Source: a virus (lineage: Duplodnaviria > Caudoviricetes). From it: a DNA stretch of 64,000 bases. This document shows positions 18,001 through 25,901 of the stretch, piece after piece (the stretch's first letter is position 1; each line of letters starts with the position of its first letter). The DNA lies in IMG/VR virus record IMGVR_UViG_3300037467_000583, positions 1 through 64,000 of that record. The stretch is one strand, 5' to 3'. The position numbers were made by a program, and so were the translations under genes. The notes below the pieces were generated by a model. It ran no database searches and had not been told where the DNA came from. It saw nothing but the letters and a program-made list of their open reading frames with translations.

Positions 18001-19495
18001 CGGGTATATCTACCCTGCGGGCTCCACTGGCAACACGAACGATAATGCTGGTGTCTGGGACTGCATGACCCGTCAGAAAGTAGCTTCCGGGACCAACTAC
18101 AACTTCAAGGTTGGGATCACTTCTCACACCCACCGGGCCTACCAGTACTATGCCTCCAACGGGGCGCAGCAGGTGTTCGGTCGGCCGATGGTCAACCTTG
18201 TTGATGGTTCCGAGCCGTCGTTGGAAGCTTATTTCGGCGGGCCTGTGCTGGGTCAGAACGTCGGTGGTCAGATAACGAGCAGTAACTCGTCAACATTGAT
18301 CGGCACAGGAGCCATCAATTCCGTTCATATATCGGACCTGCGCACAACCAACTACGCGGAAGATGGCTCGGGTAATCCTACTGCGGGTGCTAAGTTGGCG
18401 TCCACTGGAACAGCATTGAAAGTTGCAGCCAACTCTATGCAAGTCGGTACACTGGTATTGTCAGATTATTGGTTTCGTCTTGTGCAGGGTGTTGATGGCA
18501 GCGTTACGTCTAACAGGATTATCTGGCGTGGAAATAACGATGCAACGACGAGAGGTGGTGCACCGAATATTGCGTGTCTGTCGATTATCCCCTTAGAAGA
18601 TTTTGTAACTGTGGATTACTACAACACTATCCAGTACACGATCGATTATCACCAATTCGTAATCACACCCACCAGTTATAGTAGTAATAGTGACAACCTA
18701 GACGCATTGCAGCAGATCCACATCCAGTATTTCAGAGCGAAGACATCTCCCGCGCCATTTACTGAGATTTACCTACCTTGCGCATCTAGGACATACGATG
18801 GTGTGTCAGGTATAGTCCGTGGCGCGTGGACATGGGGATGGAGGTTTGACAAAACGGGAGATTCGTCGCAGCCCGGTGTCACGGACGGCAACAGCACATT
18901 GGTATCTGGGTCATCTTGGGGCGTCTACAATGGATATTTACGAGTTCGCTTAGCTAATACATATGGCTGGTCCGCTACGAAGGACTTTGACAAAGGGGTT
19001 ACTGCCGGAACCCCTCTTGCCACTACAACAATCACAGGTGTTGCAGGTAGCTCAGGCGGCGGCTCTGGTGCATCTGGTGGTGCATGCCCGGCCCCTTGGG
19101 TGAAAGTGAAACTGTTGAACGGTAAAGAGGTAAACGCCTCCGAACTTCACAACGGAGCTAAGCTTGCTGCTGTCAATGACAACAATATGCAACCTCTCCC
19201 ACAAGGAGGGACAGTAAGAGACTTAAATATCATTTGGGCTCAACGCTATCGTGTGAAGCTTACTAACGGCGCGGCGACAGAATGGAGCGAAAATCACCGT
19301 TTTGCTGTGGTTGATCGTGGCTGGGTAACAGTGCAAAACCTTCGTGCTGGCGATCAAATCATGGGCTTGCAAGAAAGCATTGTGGAGTCTGTGCTAGCTG
19401 TTGGAGAAGGTCAAGTGGTGAGCTTCCGTGTCGAAGGCGCGGGTACGTATTTTGCGGGTGGGCTGCTTTGCCACAACACTAAAGCATCTTTCTAA
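15023..19495 (+). CDS. Central tail fibre/receptor-binding protein with C-terminal Hint domain
   Basis: 1490 aa, Thr/Ser/Gly-rich with short collagen-like GxxGxxG linkers, internal repeats, lectin-like modules. Confidence 0.75.
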   Translation: MATVMNDRDVLLLGITQRDVNSQDATILITSDSPTFHVSATGTTTPSYITVTAHLLNIIGTASFTAAGATITDNGDNTATIAYNGMSGSSAVITASVTRNGSTYNASTTLTKVVDGSAGQAGSSAAWVEISTFGGQVFSRPTATSAFTPTSIVLNATPYGNNATSFQWQYWNGTTWTNISGATSATYEVASGDFTSSRNYRVQATINGSVYVDEMTLVQVTGGTNSVSGFLTNQSITLAAATDGTVGSYASATGTFKVYDGITDKTGASVTYSVASQNNCTITINTSGVYSITAMSADTASAVLQAVYNGVTIPLTVTLAKSKTGAAGTPANQYATAFLYQWAATVPANPTGTSNYNWSTGANTGYVTGDGWSTTVPTNPGTANLSLFVAIAQIVASSGTTSSSVSYSSATVQAWTKNGATGPQGASGVQSATATVYQWAASIPASPSGTATYTWSGGAISSIPSGWSTTAGTSPTPGMTLWAAKVYLTDAATVTQTSFNWTSSSVSSVGYAGSNGSTGQQGASYVTAYCASSTATTTTTPAQTTGKTSLPATNDGGITGTWSSTVPTLTSGQYLYQSDGIYDPTTNKVTWSIPYWSSLKVGSLNAVATNTGNLTVSGTISSANGNFSVDSGGGVTMKSATIQDGSGNIILQAGVALSAQTGQVSTAINSAATTATWTGVTGTGKPADNASSDLVLIGRGVTVTGNSAAKNVADGWSNADVYSVDSFTGGAYASAVAGEASTSLMFGLNSDPTSDSSYASIDYAIYLAAGTLAVYESGVNKAPSLGAYAAGDVFAVVYDGSSVKYLKNGVVVYTSTSANASVPNQTLFFDSSLNSSNATLKNIRFGPLSSNNWANIGNRPADDQIKNNLTDLSWWAKGATIPWTLNDETNAIVDAMGDIGVLGPKGVNESVWLATETANNGGSGGGWNLAPLVLDPTKTYRFVIPIRKLSGSATAYWGINEGTTCTLNTTTAVSNPYFANMSISTTDRWYLFVGYIYPAGSTGNTNDNAGVWDCMTRQKVASGTNYNFKVGITSHTHRAYQYYASNGAQQVFGRPMVNLVDGSEPSLEAYFGGPVLGQNVGGQITSSNSSTLIGTGAINSVHISDLRTTNYAEDGSGNPTAGAKLASTGTALKVAANSMQVGTLVLSDYWFRLVQGVDGSVTSNRIIWRGNNDATTRGGAPNIACLSIIPLEDFVTVDYYNTIQYTIDYHQFVITPTSYSSNSDNLDALQQIHIQYFRAKTSPAPFTEIYLPCASRTYDGVSGIVRGAWTWGWRFDKTGDSSQPGVTDGNSTLVSGSSWGVYNGYLRVRLANTYGWSATKDFDKGVTAGTPLATTTITGVAGSSGGGSGASGGACPAPWVKVKLLNGKEVNASELHNGAKLAAVNDNNMQPLPQGGTVRDLNIIWAQRYRVKLTNGAATEWSENHRFAVVDRGWVTVQNLRAGDQIMGLQESIVESVLAVGEGQVVSFRVEGAGTYFAGGLLCHNTKASF
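19085..19477 (+). other. Hint (mini-intein-like) domain, 131 aa, in frame at the fibre C-terminus
   Basis: Cys1 (GGA|CPAP), block B WSENHRF, block F VVSFRVEG..TYFAGG, terminal His-Asn, +1 Thr. Confidence 0.8.
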
Positions 19496-19505
19496 AGGAA
19501 TTATT

Positions 19506-20018
19506 ATGGTAACTGATGTACAAACAGCGTTGGCGAATGAAGCACGTCGCCAAGAGCTTAGACAGAAAATTGCCGGTTTGCAAGGGTCTATGAATGCTAC
19601 GGCATCTCTGGTACAGCGTTTGAACAGTGTAAACAGTGATGCTCAAATTTCGCTAGGCGCTGCACAAGATGAATTGGCTGCATTGGAGGCAGGTGCTGGT
19701 CCGGGGATCACAGCCGACTACGGCCCTAAATCTATCATCACACAACTGGTAGAGTCGGAGAGGTTTGCTGCTAAGAGTGCTGCAATAGACTTCATCAAAG
19801 CCAATCCTGAATGCTCTGAAGATGATGCGGCAAATGCTTGGAATGCAGCCGCATTGGCAAGCCATCCTGATTTCCCTCTTGTAATCCAAGATGCACTCAC
19901 GCTGTCTAAGCTTTACAAAGCGAATCTTGTGAAGGCTAATCTTATCCCTGATGATACTTGGGAGTCTTATCGCACTTTCATTGTCAACACGGATAAAACT
20001 GTTATCGAAACGATGTAA
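19506..20018 (+). CDS. Hypothetical protein with N-terminal coiled coil (possible fibre chaperone)
   Basis: Start re-assigned to ATG 19506 (SD AAAGGA); follows the fibre. Confidence 0.55.
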   Translation: MVTDVQTALANEARRQELRQKIAGLQGSMNATASLVQRLNSVNSDAQISLGAAQDELAALEAGAGPGITADYGPKSIITQLVESERFAAKSAAIDFIKANPECSEDDAANAWNAAALASHPDFPLVIQDALTLSKLYKANLVKANLIPDDTWESYRTFIVNTDKTVIETM

Positions 20019-20024
20019 GCTGTT

Positions 20025-20053
20025 TTGACAAGAAGTGTTTGCCGTGATACAAT
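20025..20053 (+). promoter_or_regulatory. sigma70-type promoter
   Basis: TTGACA-17-TACAAT. Confidence 0.7.
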
Positions 20054-20092
20054 CTTCTAAGGATTTTATTAGCTCATTTTTGAAAGGGTATC

Positions 20093-20905
20093 ATGGCAAA
20101 CGTTAGAGTTATCTATGACAATGCGGCAGATAGGGCAACCCTTTCTTCCACAGCAACAGCTACAGGGTTGGATGTAACTAAGCTTACCACAGATTTGAAG
20201 TCTGATGTGTGCAGGTCTACCACAACATCCCTCACCGTTACCGCGACATGGACTACAGCAGAAACAATTGGTGGTGTTATGTTTGCATTCACTAACTGCA
20301 CAGACAATGCCACTATCACGGTGAATGCTTATACTAACAGTGGAGACACAACACCAGTGTACTCTACGTCTGTAACAGCGTCAAGCGGAGGTGTAGCAAC
20401 GAATAGGGGTGTAAATTATTTTGCTTATGGTGGTGGTATTTATGCCCGTTGCTGGTTTGCTCAGCGCGTAACAGTGCAAAAGCTAGTTATCACTATCTCT
20501 GACGCAGGCAACACACAAGGGTATGTAGAGGCAGGCCGACTCATCGTTGGAAACTATTGGGAGTCTGTTGTTGGAGCGGAGCAAGGTAACACATCGATGA
20601 CGATGAATGACATGAGTGAGCAGTCCCGCACATATAGTGGTGATATGCGAGTTACAGTCAAGCCTAGATTCCGTAAGCAGTCTATTTCTATGCCCTCGTT
20701 GGATGCCAATGACAGGGCAGCTTTGTGGTCTATCTTGTACAACAATGGAATGGTGAAGCCAGTGTTCCTGAGTCTTTTCCCGGACAATACTGAGGCCAAG
20801 AAAGAGCAGGCCCATATGTTGTACGGGAGGCTGTCTACTAACGCCGCGATGTTGACGCCGTACTTCAATTTTATGGCTGCTAAGATTGACGTGGAAGAAA
20901 TTTAA
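20093..20905 (+). CDS. Minor tail protein (distal-tail-like)
   Basis: 270 aa; YVEAGRLIVGNYW, SRTYSGDM, KPVFLSLFP motifs recall siphophage minor tail proteins. Confidence 0.5.
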   Translation: MANVRVIYDNAADRATLSSTATATGLDVTKLTTDLKSDVCRSTTTSLTVTATWTTAETIGGVMFAFTNCTDNATITVNAYTNSGDTTPVYSTSVTASSGGVATNRGVNYFAYGGGIYARCWFAQRVTVQKLVITISDAGNTQGYVEAGRLIVGNYWESVVGAEQGNTSMTMNDMSEQSRTYSGDMRVTVKPRFRKQSISMPSLDANDRAALWSILYNNGMVKPVFLSLFPDNTEAKKEQAHMLYGRLSTNAAMLTPYFNFMAAKIDVEEI

Positions 20906-20917
20906 TGGGGATACTAT

Positions 20918-21427
20918 ATGAAGTACTCTGAATTTAAAGATGTCTGTCAAAGTGGTGACATTGTAGCGGTTAGCCACCAAGAGTGGGATACTATTGCTGA
21001 CGTAGAAAGTCAGATTGTGAGAATGGCAACAGAGTCCGAATACAGCCATGTTGCGGTTGTTTGGAAGGATAAGAGTGGCGAGCCTCATGTGATAGAGGCA
21101 GTGGTGCCTAAAGTATCTGTAAGTCCACTTACGAAGTATTTAGATCACGGCTTCTATCACATTGCCACTACAGACAAACCAATGAGTAAAGAAGAAGAGG
21201 CTTACGGGATGTCCCATGTTGGTGACAATTACAGTAAGGTCCAAGCAGTCGAAGGATTTTTTCACATGTTAGACATTGCACAAGATCGTCGCTGGCAGTG
21301 CAGCGAGCTTACCATTTCTATGCGCAGGTTGTCTTCTCTGGATTTAGGGTCGATCGCAACGCCTGCTGCTGTAGTACAAAAAGCTCTTTCTAAGGGCTAC
21401 ACACTCACCTTTGTAGAGAGAGATTAA
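20918..21427 (+). CDS. Permuted papain-like NlpC/P60 (YiiX/YebB-like) hydrolase
   Basis: QSGDIV, SEYSHVAVV, VIEAV, Y..WQCSEL: His before Cys. Confidence 0.75.
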   Translation: MKYSEFKDVCQSGDIVAVSHQEWDTIADVESQIVRMATESEYSHVAVVWKDKSGEPHVIEAVVPKVSVSPLTKYLDHGFYHIATTDKPMSKEEEAYGMSHVGDNYSKVQAVEGFFHMLDIAQDRRWQCSELTISMRRLSSLDLGSIATPAAVVQKALSKGYTLTFVERD

Positions 21428-21428
21428 T

Positions 21429-21713
21429 ATGGATTTTAACATGTTGTTGGGACCAGTGCAAGCGCTGCTGGGTGCTCTGTGTGCCGTGCTGTGGGCAAAT
21501 CTTACAGAAACAAAAAAGAAAGCGGAGAAGGTGGAAAACGATCTTGCAACGTACAAGGTGCATGTGGCAGAGACTTACGCATCTAGCACAGAACTAAAAG
21601 AAGCTCTGCGAGACATCAATAAAGCGTTTGAGGCATATGGAACAAAACTTGACATGCGTCTTGATCGGCTAGAGGAACGTCTGAACAAGATGATTGACCA
21701 GAAGGAGCACTGA
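21429..21713 (+). CDS. Small membrane protein with coiled coil (holin/antiholin candidate)
   Basis: N-terminal hydrophobic helix, directly upstream of the endolysin. Confidence 0.45.
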   Translation: MDFNMLLGPVQALLGALCAVLWANLTETKKKAEKVENDLATYKVHVAETYASSTELKEALRDINKAFEAYGTKLDMRLDRLEERLNKMIDQKEH

Positions 21714-22255
21714 TGGACATCACACTTGCACAACTTACTGCCATTATGCCATATGCCAAGAATCGTGCAAGTGTTTTCTTGGCTCCGTTGAATGCTGCTA
21801 TGGCAGAATTTGAGATTAATACACCCCTCCGCATGGCAGCATTCTTAGCCCAAGTGGCCCACGAATCAGTAGAGCTTCGTTACACAGAGGAGATTGCTTC
21901 TGGAGAGGCGTATGAAGGTCGGAAGGACTTAGGCAATGTGCATCCCGGATGGGGTAAGTTGTACAAAGGAAGAGGGTTGATCCAAACAACGGGGTATTTC
22001 AATTTTCTTAAAACGATGATGGCACTGGGGATTGATTGTGTAGAGCATCCGGAGTTGCTGTCCCTCCCTGAGAATGCTTGTAGGTCGGCGGCATGGTTTT
22101 TTAAGGATCGTGGACTAAACGCCTTGGCAGATTCTGAAGATTTTTTGACATTGAGCATCCACGTAAACGGAAAGAACAAAGTGACGGGTTTGCCTAATGG
22201 GTGGACAGCAAGGCAAGCTTACTTTAAGAAAGCAAGAGAGGTATTGAAATGCTAA
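21713..22255 (+). CDS. Endolysin, glycoside hydrolase family 19
   Basis: AAFLAQVAHES, YEGRKDLGN, YKGRGLIQTTG, SAAWFF, NG. Confidence 0.9.
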   Translation: MDITLAQLTAIMPYAKNRASVFLAPLNAAMAEFEINTPLRMAAFLAQVAHESVELRYTEEIASGEAYEGRKDLGNVHPGWGKLYKGRGLIQTTGYFNFLKTMMALGIDCVEHPELLSLPENACRSAAWFFKDRGLNALADSEDFLTLSIHVNGKNKVTGLPNGWTARQAYFKKAREVLKC

Positions 22256-22713
22256 GTATTGAAAAGATTAAAGCACTATATTCAGTGTTTAAGGCAGGCG
22301 AAGAAGTTGCCGACAAGAAGAAGTGGGTGGGCCATCAGATCAGTGCGAACATGATAGCTGCACTGCTGTTTGCTATTGTTTCCCTGTTGCGGAGTTTTGG
22401 TTATGACTTTGGTATCGACATGCAGACTTGTGCTGACATCGCTATTGGTTTGCTCAGTGCAATTAACATCGGCATCAACATCGCAACCTCCAAAGACCAC
22501 GGATTGCCATCGGGAGCCGTACGAGAAACCGAACAGACTGTGCGAAGCGATGGGCCGCCTGCCGAAGAAAAGCCCGCCAACGTGCAAGCTGAAATCGCAC
22601 CTGATGCTGGACGAGGAATTGTTAATGCATCAATTGATGACGACGTACGTGCTCGCGCCCTTGAATGGGCAAGACAGCATAGCACAACAAACGGCCTATC
22701 GAATGATGCTTGA
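22249..22713 (+). CDS. Putative holin
   Basis: Two hydrophobic helices, overlaps the endolysin stop. Confidence 0.5.
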   Translation: MLSIEKIKALYSVFKAGEEVADKKKWVGHQISANMIAALLFAIVSLLRSFGYDFGIDMQTCADIAIGLLSAINIGINIATSKDHGLPSGAVRETEQTVRSDGPPAEEKPANVQAEIAPDAGRGIVNASIDDDVRARALEWARQHSTTNGLSNDA

Positions 22714-22727
22714 TAGTGTCAAAGGCA

Positions 22728-22757
22728 TTGACATCTCTTTGAAATGTCGACTATACT
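22728..22757 (+). promoter_or_regulatory. sigma70-type promoter with no downstream ORF
   Basis: TTGACA-18-TATACT. Confidence 0.6.
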
Positions 22758-22796
22758 AAAAAGCGTGAGACAACCTTAGCTCGGTCCTCACGCTTT
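22758..22796 (-). terminator. Candidate intrinsic terminator for the leftward transcript
   Basis: On the - strand AAAGCGTGAG..CTCACGCTTT followed by a T run. Confidence 0.5.
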
Positions 22797-22856
22797 CCTT
22801 AGCAACTCTTGGTAGAGAGTTCGTTCGCCCCTTCACGAAAGTGTTGGGGCTTTTTT
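22763..22856 (+). ncRNA. Candidate ~95-nt small RNA
   Basis: Promoter, three hairpins, intrinsic terminator; no ORF inside. Confidence 0.45.
22827..22856 (+). terminator. Intrinsic terminator
   Basis: GCCCC-TT-CAC-GAAA-GTG-TT-GGGGC then TTTTTT. Confidence 0.8.
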
Positions 22857-22861
22857 ATTTA

Positions 22862-23134
22862 TTAGGCTGCTGCTTGGTGTGCAGAGCGGCTAAATGCCTT
22901 GATAGCATTGTAGAACACAACAACTTCGTTGATCAGTTGAGTGACTTGTGCAACGATCTGCTCAAACGGAACCGGGGGAGAGGATGCTTCGTACAGCGAC
23001 TTGATGATGCCGAGGGCAGCTTGTTGTTTAGCTGCGCCGTTACCCGTACCTGCGAACGCTTCAACGTTCTTAACAGTGTCGCTCACAACAGGCAGCAGGG
23101 TCAGGATGATGTTTGCGGTTGCAATGATGTTCAT
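22862..23134 (-). CDS. 90-aa amphipathic protein with its own promoter
   Basis: SD AAGGA; helical amphipathic pattern, G.G..K motif recalled from small phage lysis-region proteins. Confidence 0.65.
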   Translation of the reverse strand: MNIIATANIILTLLPVVSDTVKNVEAFAGTGNGAAKQQAALGIIKSLYEASSPPVPFEQIVAQVTQLINEVVVFYNAIKAFSRSAHQAAA

Positions 23135-23269
23135 AGTGTTTAGCTTTCCTTATGTTAGCTTGGTAGATTTGTTCAAAGATTGTTTATATAAACGTACTGC
23201 GCGGCCTTACGGCTTCTTGTTATTGGCAGATTCAGAGGGAACGGCATGTTCCGAATCAGCATTGATGTA

Positions 23270-23299
23270 AGTGTATGCCTACAGAAGATGTGCTGTCAA
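23270..23299 (-). promoter_or_regulatory. sigma70-type promoter
   Basis: TTGACA-18-TACACT. Confidence 0.6.
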
Positions 23300-23394
23300 G
23301 AAATGTTCGTGATTTATTGCGTGTCATTAAAACGACATATACATAATCTTGTGACATTGTTGCATTGACAGCATAGCTTGCCTGCAAGAACTGC

Positions 23395-23658
23395 TTATTC
23401 GTCCACAGCTTTGCTCAGAGCATCGAGAGTTTCAGCTTCCGCAACGATGTCTTTGGTCTTGACAGCAAAGCGAGACTTGATGAACTTGCGAATGATCTTC
23501 TTCTCAATCTTGGTTGCGTTGGCAGCTTCTTCGACAAGAGCCTTGAAGTCGTCTTTCAACGCAGCCTCTTCGGCAAGAACATTGATACCCCGTTGCAAAA
23601 ACTTGGTAAGGTCTGCCGCATCAAAGGTTGCCTGATCTACGGTAACATGCTTGGTCAT
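23395..23658 (-). CDS. dsDNA-binding protein, T4 DsbA/GapR-like
   Basis: 87 aa, EEAALKDDFKALVEEA..IEKKIIRK helical pattern; SD AAGGAG. Confidence 0.55.
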   Translation of the reverse strand: MTKHVTVDQATFDAADLTKFLQRGINVLAEEAALKDDFKALVEEAANATKIEKKIIRKFIKSRFAVKTKDIVAEAETLDALSKAVDE

Positions 23659-23670
23659 TTTTAAAACTCC

Positions 23671-24270
23671 TTAGTCGTTAATATTTACGGTAAAATTTTG
23701 TAGGGCTTCATATGCCCGTGGGTCAATCTTGTCCTTCCATCTTTCCGCCAAAATTTTTGCGATACACTCTTTGCGGGTCTTGTAAGCGTAGAAGGCTTCT
23801 TCCGGGGTGTCGAAATTGCCTATATAATTTTTAAAATCTGTTCCAGAAGGTGCACATTGTGCCTTATACCGTGCAGTAACCTTCTTTTCCATTTTTACAC
23901 CAATTGGCAGTTTACCCCTCCGCATGTTCGCTTGGATTAAAAAATTATTAATCTGTATAGGTAGAAACAAACAGGTGCCTTCCGAGTACACTTTGCAATT
24001 CTTGTATAGCAGGTCTTTGTCAATTTGCCAAACTTCATCTGAAGAGTAACCAATCTGTTTTTGACACCACTCTGCGAAGTGTTGGAAATCTATAAATTCA
24101 TTTCGGACACCTTTGTATGTGTCGCGATCTTTTTGGTACTGCCCATCAAGTTTACATCGCGTCTGTACGCAGCGCCAAATGTTGCCTGCTCTGGTATAGA
24201 TTTGATTTTTACCTCGACCTGTAGACCTTACCCACCTTCCATCTAAACCTTTGTAGTCAGGGACAGCCAT
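23671..24270 (-). CDS. Putative HNH-like homing endonuclease with AP2-like C-terminal domain
   Basis: FQHFAEW, IDKDLL..KVYS..TCLFLP..IN, LPIGV, YIGNFDTPEEAFYAY; start re-assigned to MAVPDY. Confidence 0.7.
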   Translation of the reverse strand: MAVPDYKGLDGRWVRSTGRGKNQIYTRAGNIWRCVQTRCKLDGQYQKDRDTYKGVRNEFIDFQHFAEWCQKQIGYSSDEVWQIDKDLLYKNCKVYSEGTCLFLPIQINNFLIQANMRRGKLPIGVKMEKKVTARYKAQCAPSGTDFKNYIGNFDTPEEAFYAYKTRKECIAKILAERWKDKIDPRAYEALQNFTVNIND

Positions 24271-24277
24271 TTTCGCC

Positions 24278-24460
24278 TTACGCAAAAACCTGCACACGCT
24301 GTTTGCCATCTTCGCCAGTGAACGAAGCCCACAGCTTACCTTTACCAACATACGCACAAGCGTGGAACTCGGCATTGATGTAACGAGCAGCTTTCTCTTT
24401 CGATGCGCCCGTACGCAGGATGGCGTTTACACGGTCGGCAATTTGTTTAACAATGTTCAT
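24278..24460 (-). CDS. Hypothetical protein
   Basis: 60 aa, SD AAGGAG, downstream of the promoter at 24507. Confidence 0.55.
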   Translation of the reverse strand: MNIVKQIADRVNAILRTGASKEKAARYINAEFHACAYVGKGKLWASFTGEDGKQRVQVFA

Positions 24461-24506
24461 ACGATTTCTCCTTAAGATTTGTGTTTCGTCTAAATCGACA
24501 AGAGCT

Positions 24507-24535
24507 ATTCTACTGATGAGCTTGGCCCTTGTCAA
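24507..24535 (-). promoter_or_regulatory. sigma70-type promoter
   Basis: TTGACA-17-TAGAAT. Confidence 0.7.
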
Positions 24536-24550
24536 CAAGAATTTTAAAAT

Positions 24551-24799
24551 TTATTTCAAAGCAGCCCACTGTTCGTCGGTAAGCTTGGTAAGAGCTTTGT
24601 AGTCACCTACCAGCGTTGCATCATTTTGACCTTCCATGTAGATTTGCGGAACAGATCGATGCCCCATCGACATGAGCATTGCCCGGACTACAGGGTCTTC
24701 ATCCACTTTTACCGTTTTATACTCTACACCTTTCGCATCCAGCAATGCAGCAGCCTTGGCACACTCAGGACAATTATTCTTACTATATACAACTAGCAT
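24551..24799 (-). CDS. Glutaredoxin
   Basis: YSKNNCPEC, SVPQI, VGDY; coupled to nrdB (TAATG). Confidence 0.9.
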   Translation of the reverse strand: MLVVYSKNNCPECAKAAALLDAKGVEYKTVKVDEDPVVRAMLMSMGHRSVPQIYMEGQNDATLVGDYKALTKLTDEQWAALK

Positions 24800-25893
24800 T
24801 ATCGATAGCTCCATTCAATAATCTTGTCACCAAGATCGTCAATAATAATATTAAGGCGATAGTTTGCTTGGTCGCCCTCTTGGTTGGCATTCTGAGTTTT
24901 GTTCAGATCAAGCCAGTTCTCCATATATTTCAAAGGATTCTTTTCAATCTTGCGTGGCGGCTCAAAGCCAAACACTTCATACACTTCTTGTGCGTTGTAG
25001 TCGATCCAGTCAATTCCACTTTGCTCAGTGAAGCCAACACACTTACGACCGTTGCTGAACAGGTAGGTGTTCCACTTATACTCTGCCTGAACAACCTCGT
25101 CCAGCATGCTACGGATGATGTCTTTGTCCTTCTCAAACCATGCCGCACCGCGATCAGTACTCAGTTCGTGCTTGATAACATATTTACCAGCTTCGGCGTG
25201 GATAAAACGTTCGTCCTGCATAATCTTCTGAACCAGCTTGCCGATGCCTTGAAAGCATTGCTCACCTTCCACCACACCGAACGTCGCAGCGAACGAATCC
25301 ACAAACTGAAGGCGTTCAAGGCAGTACAACGCCACTACAGCACGCATCACAACAGGGTAGGCATCCTCTTTTGCAATCAAACTCAAAGTGTAGGCTGCAC
25401 CTGCGTACTTCAATTCATTGAATGCCCTAGAGACAGCTTCAAGCCTACCAATGATGGCATCGTTCTTCATGATGCGCTCAAAGATGTCTTTGGGATTCTC
25501 CATGCACACCCGAACGATTTCCGAGTAGGTTAGAGCGTGCAGCACTTCAATTTCGCTAATCTTCAGCAGTGCTGCCCAGTATTCACTGTTTGTAACAAAC
25601 GGTGCGAATAGAGGTGCAATACTGCGGGCAGCAAAGCTGTCAGTCTCCCACTGAAGCGCAAGATTCTCAAGCATGATTTCTCGTGCTTCCGGCTTGCAAG
25701 TGAGCATGTCGATACGACTTTGCTCAAGATCAATTTCATCTTCGGACCAATCAGCGGACTTTTGATCCTTGTAATACTTAAACAGTTTAGGGTGTGCTAC
25801 GTTGATGCTATCGTACAGTCCGGGGGCTTGCCCTAGAAACAAACTGTACTTGCCAGTCTTCCATTCATCATTATCTTGGTTAAATACAGTCAT
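24799..25893 (-). CDS. nrdB: Ribonucleotide reductase class Ia beta subunit
   Basis: DWSEDEI, diiron motifs EVLH and DERFIH, acidic tail. Confidence 0.92.
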   Translation of the reverse strand: MTVFNQDNDEWKTGKYSLFLGQAPGLYDSINVAHPKLFKYYKDQKSADWSEDEIDLEQSRIDMLTCKPEAREIMLENLALQWETDSFAARSIAPLFAPFVTNSEYWAALLKISEIEVLHALTYSEIVRVCMENPKDIFERIMKNDAIIGRLEAVSRAFNELKYAGAAYTLSLIAKEDAYPVVMRAVVALYCLERLQFVDSFAATFGVVEGEQCFQGIGKLVQKIMQDERFIHAEAGKYVIKHELSTDRGAAWFEKDKDIIRSMLDEVVQAEYKWNTYLFSNGRKCVGFTEQSGIDWIDYNAQEVYEVFGFEPPRKIEKNPLKYMENWLDLNKTQNANQEGDQANYRLNIIIDDLGDKIIEWSYR

Positions 25894-25901
25894 GTTCATC
25901 C

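Noticed and set aside
15023-19495. Diversity-generating retroelement acting on the fibre
   Set aside because: No reverse transcriptase and no near-identical template/variable repeat pair with A-specific mismatches seen.
22370-22759. Overlapping +1 ORF in the holin-like gene as an embedded o-spanin
   Set aside because: No valid lipobox (LLVC has Val at -1) and no SD; spanins are not supported in this window.
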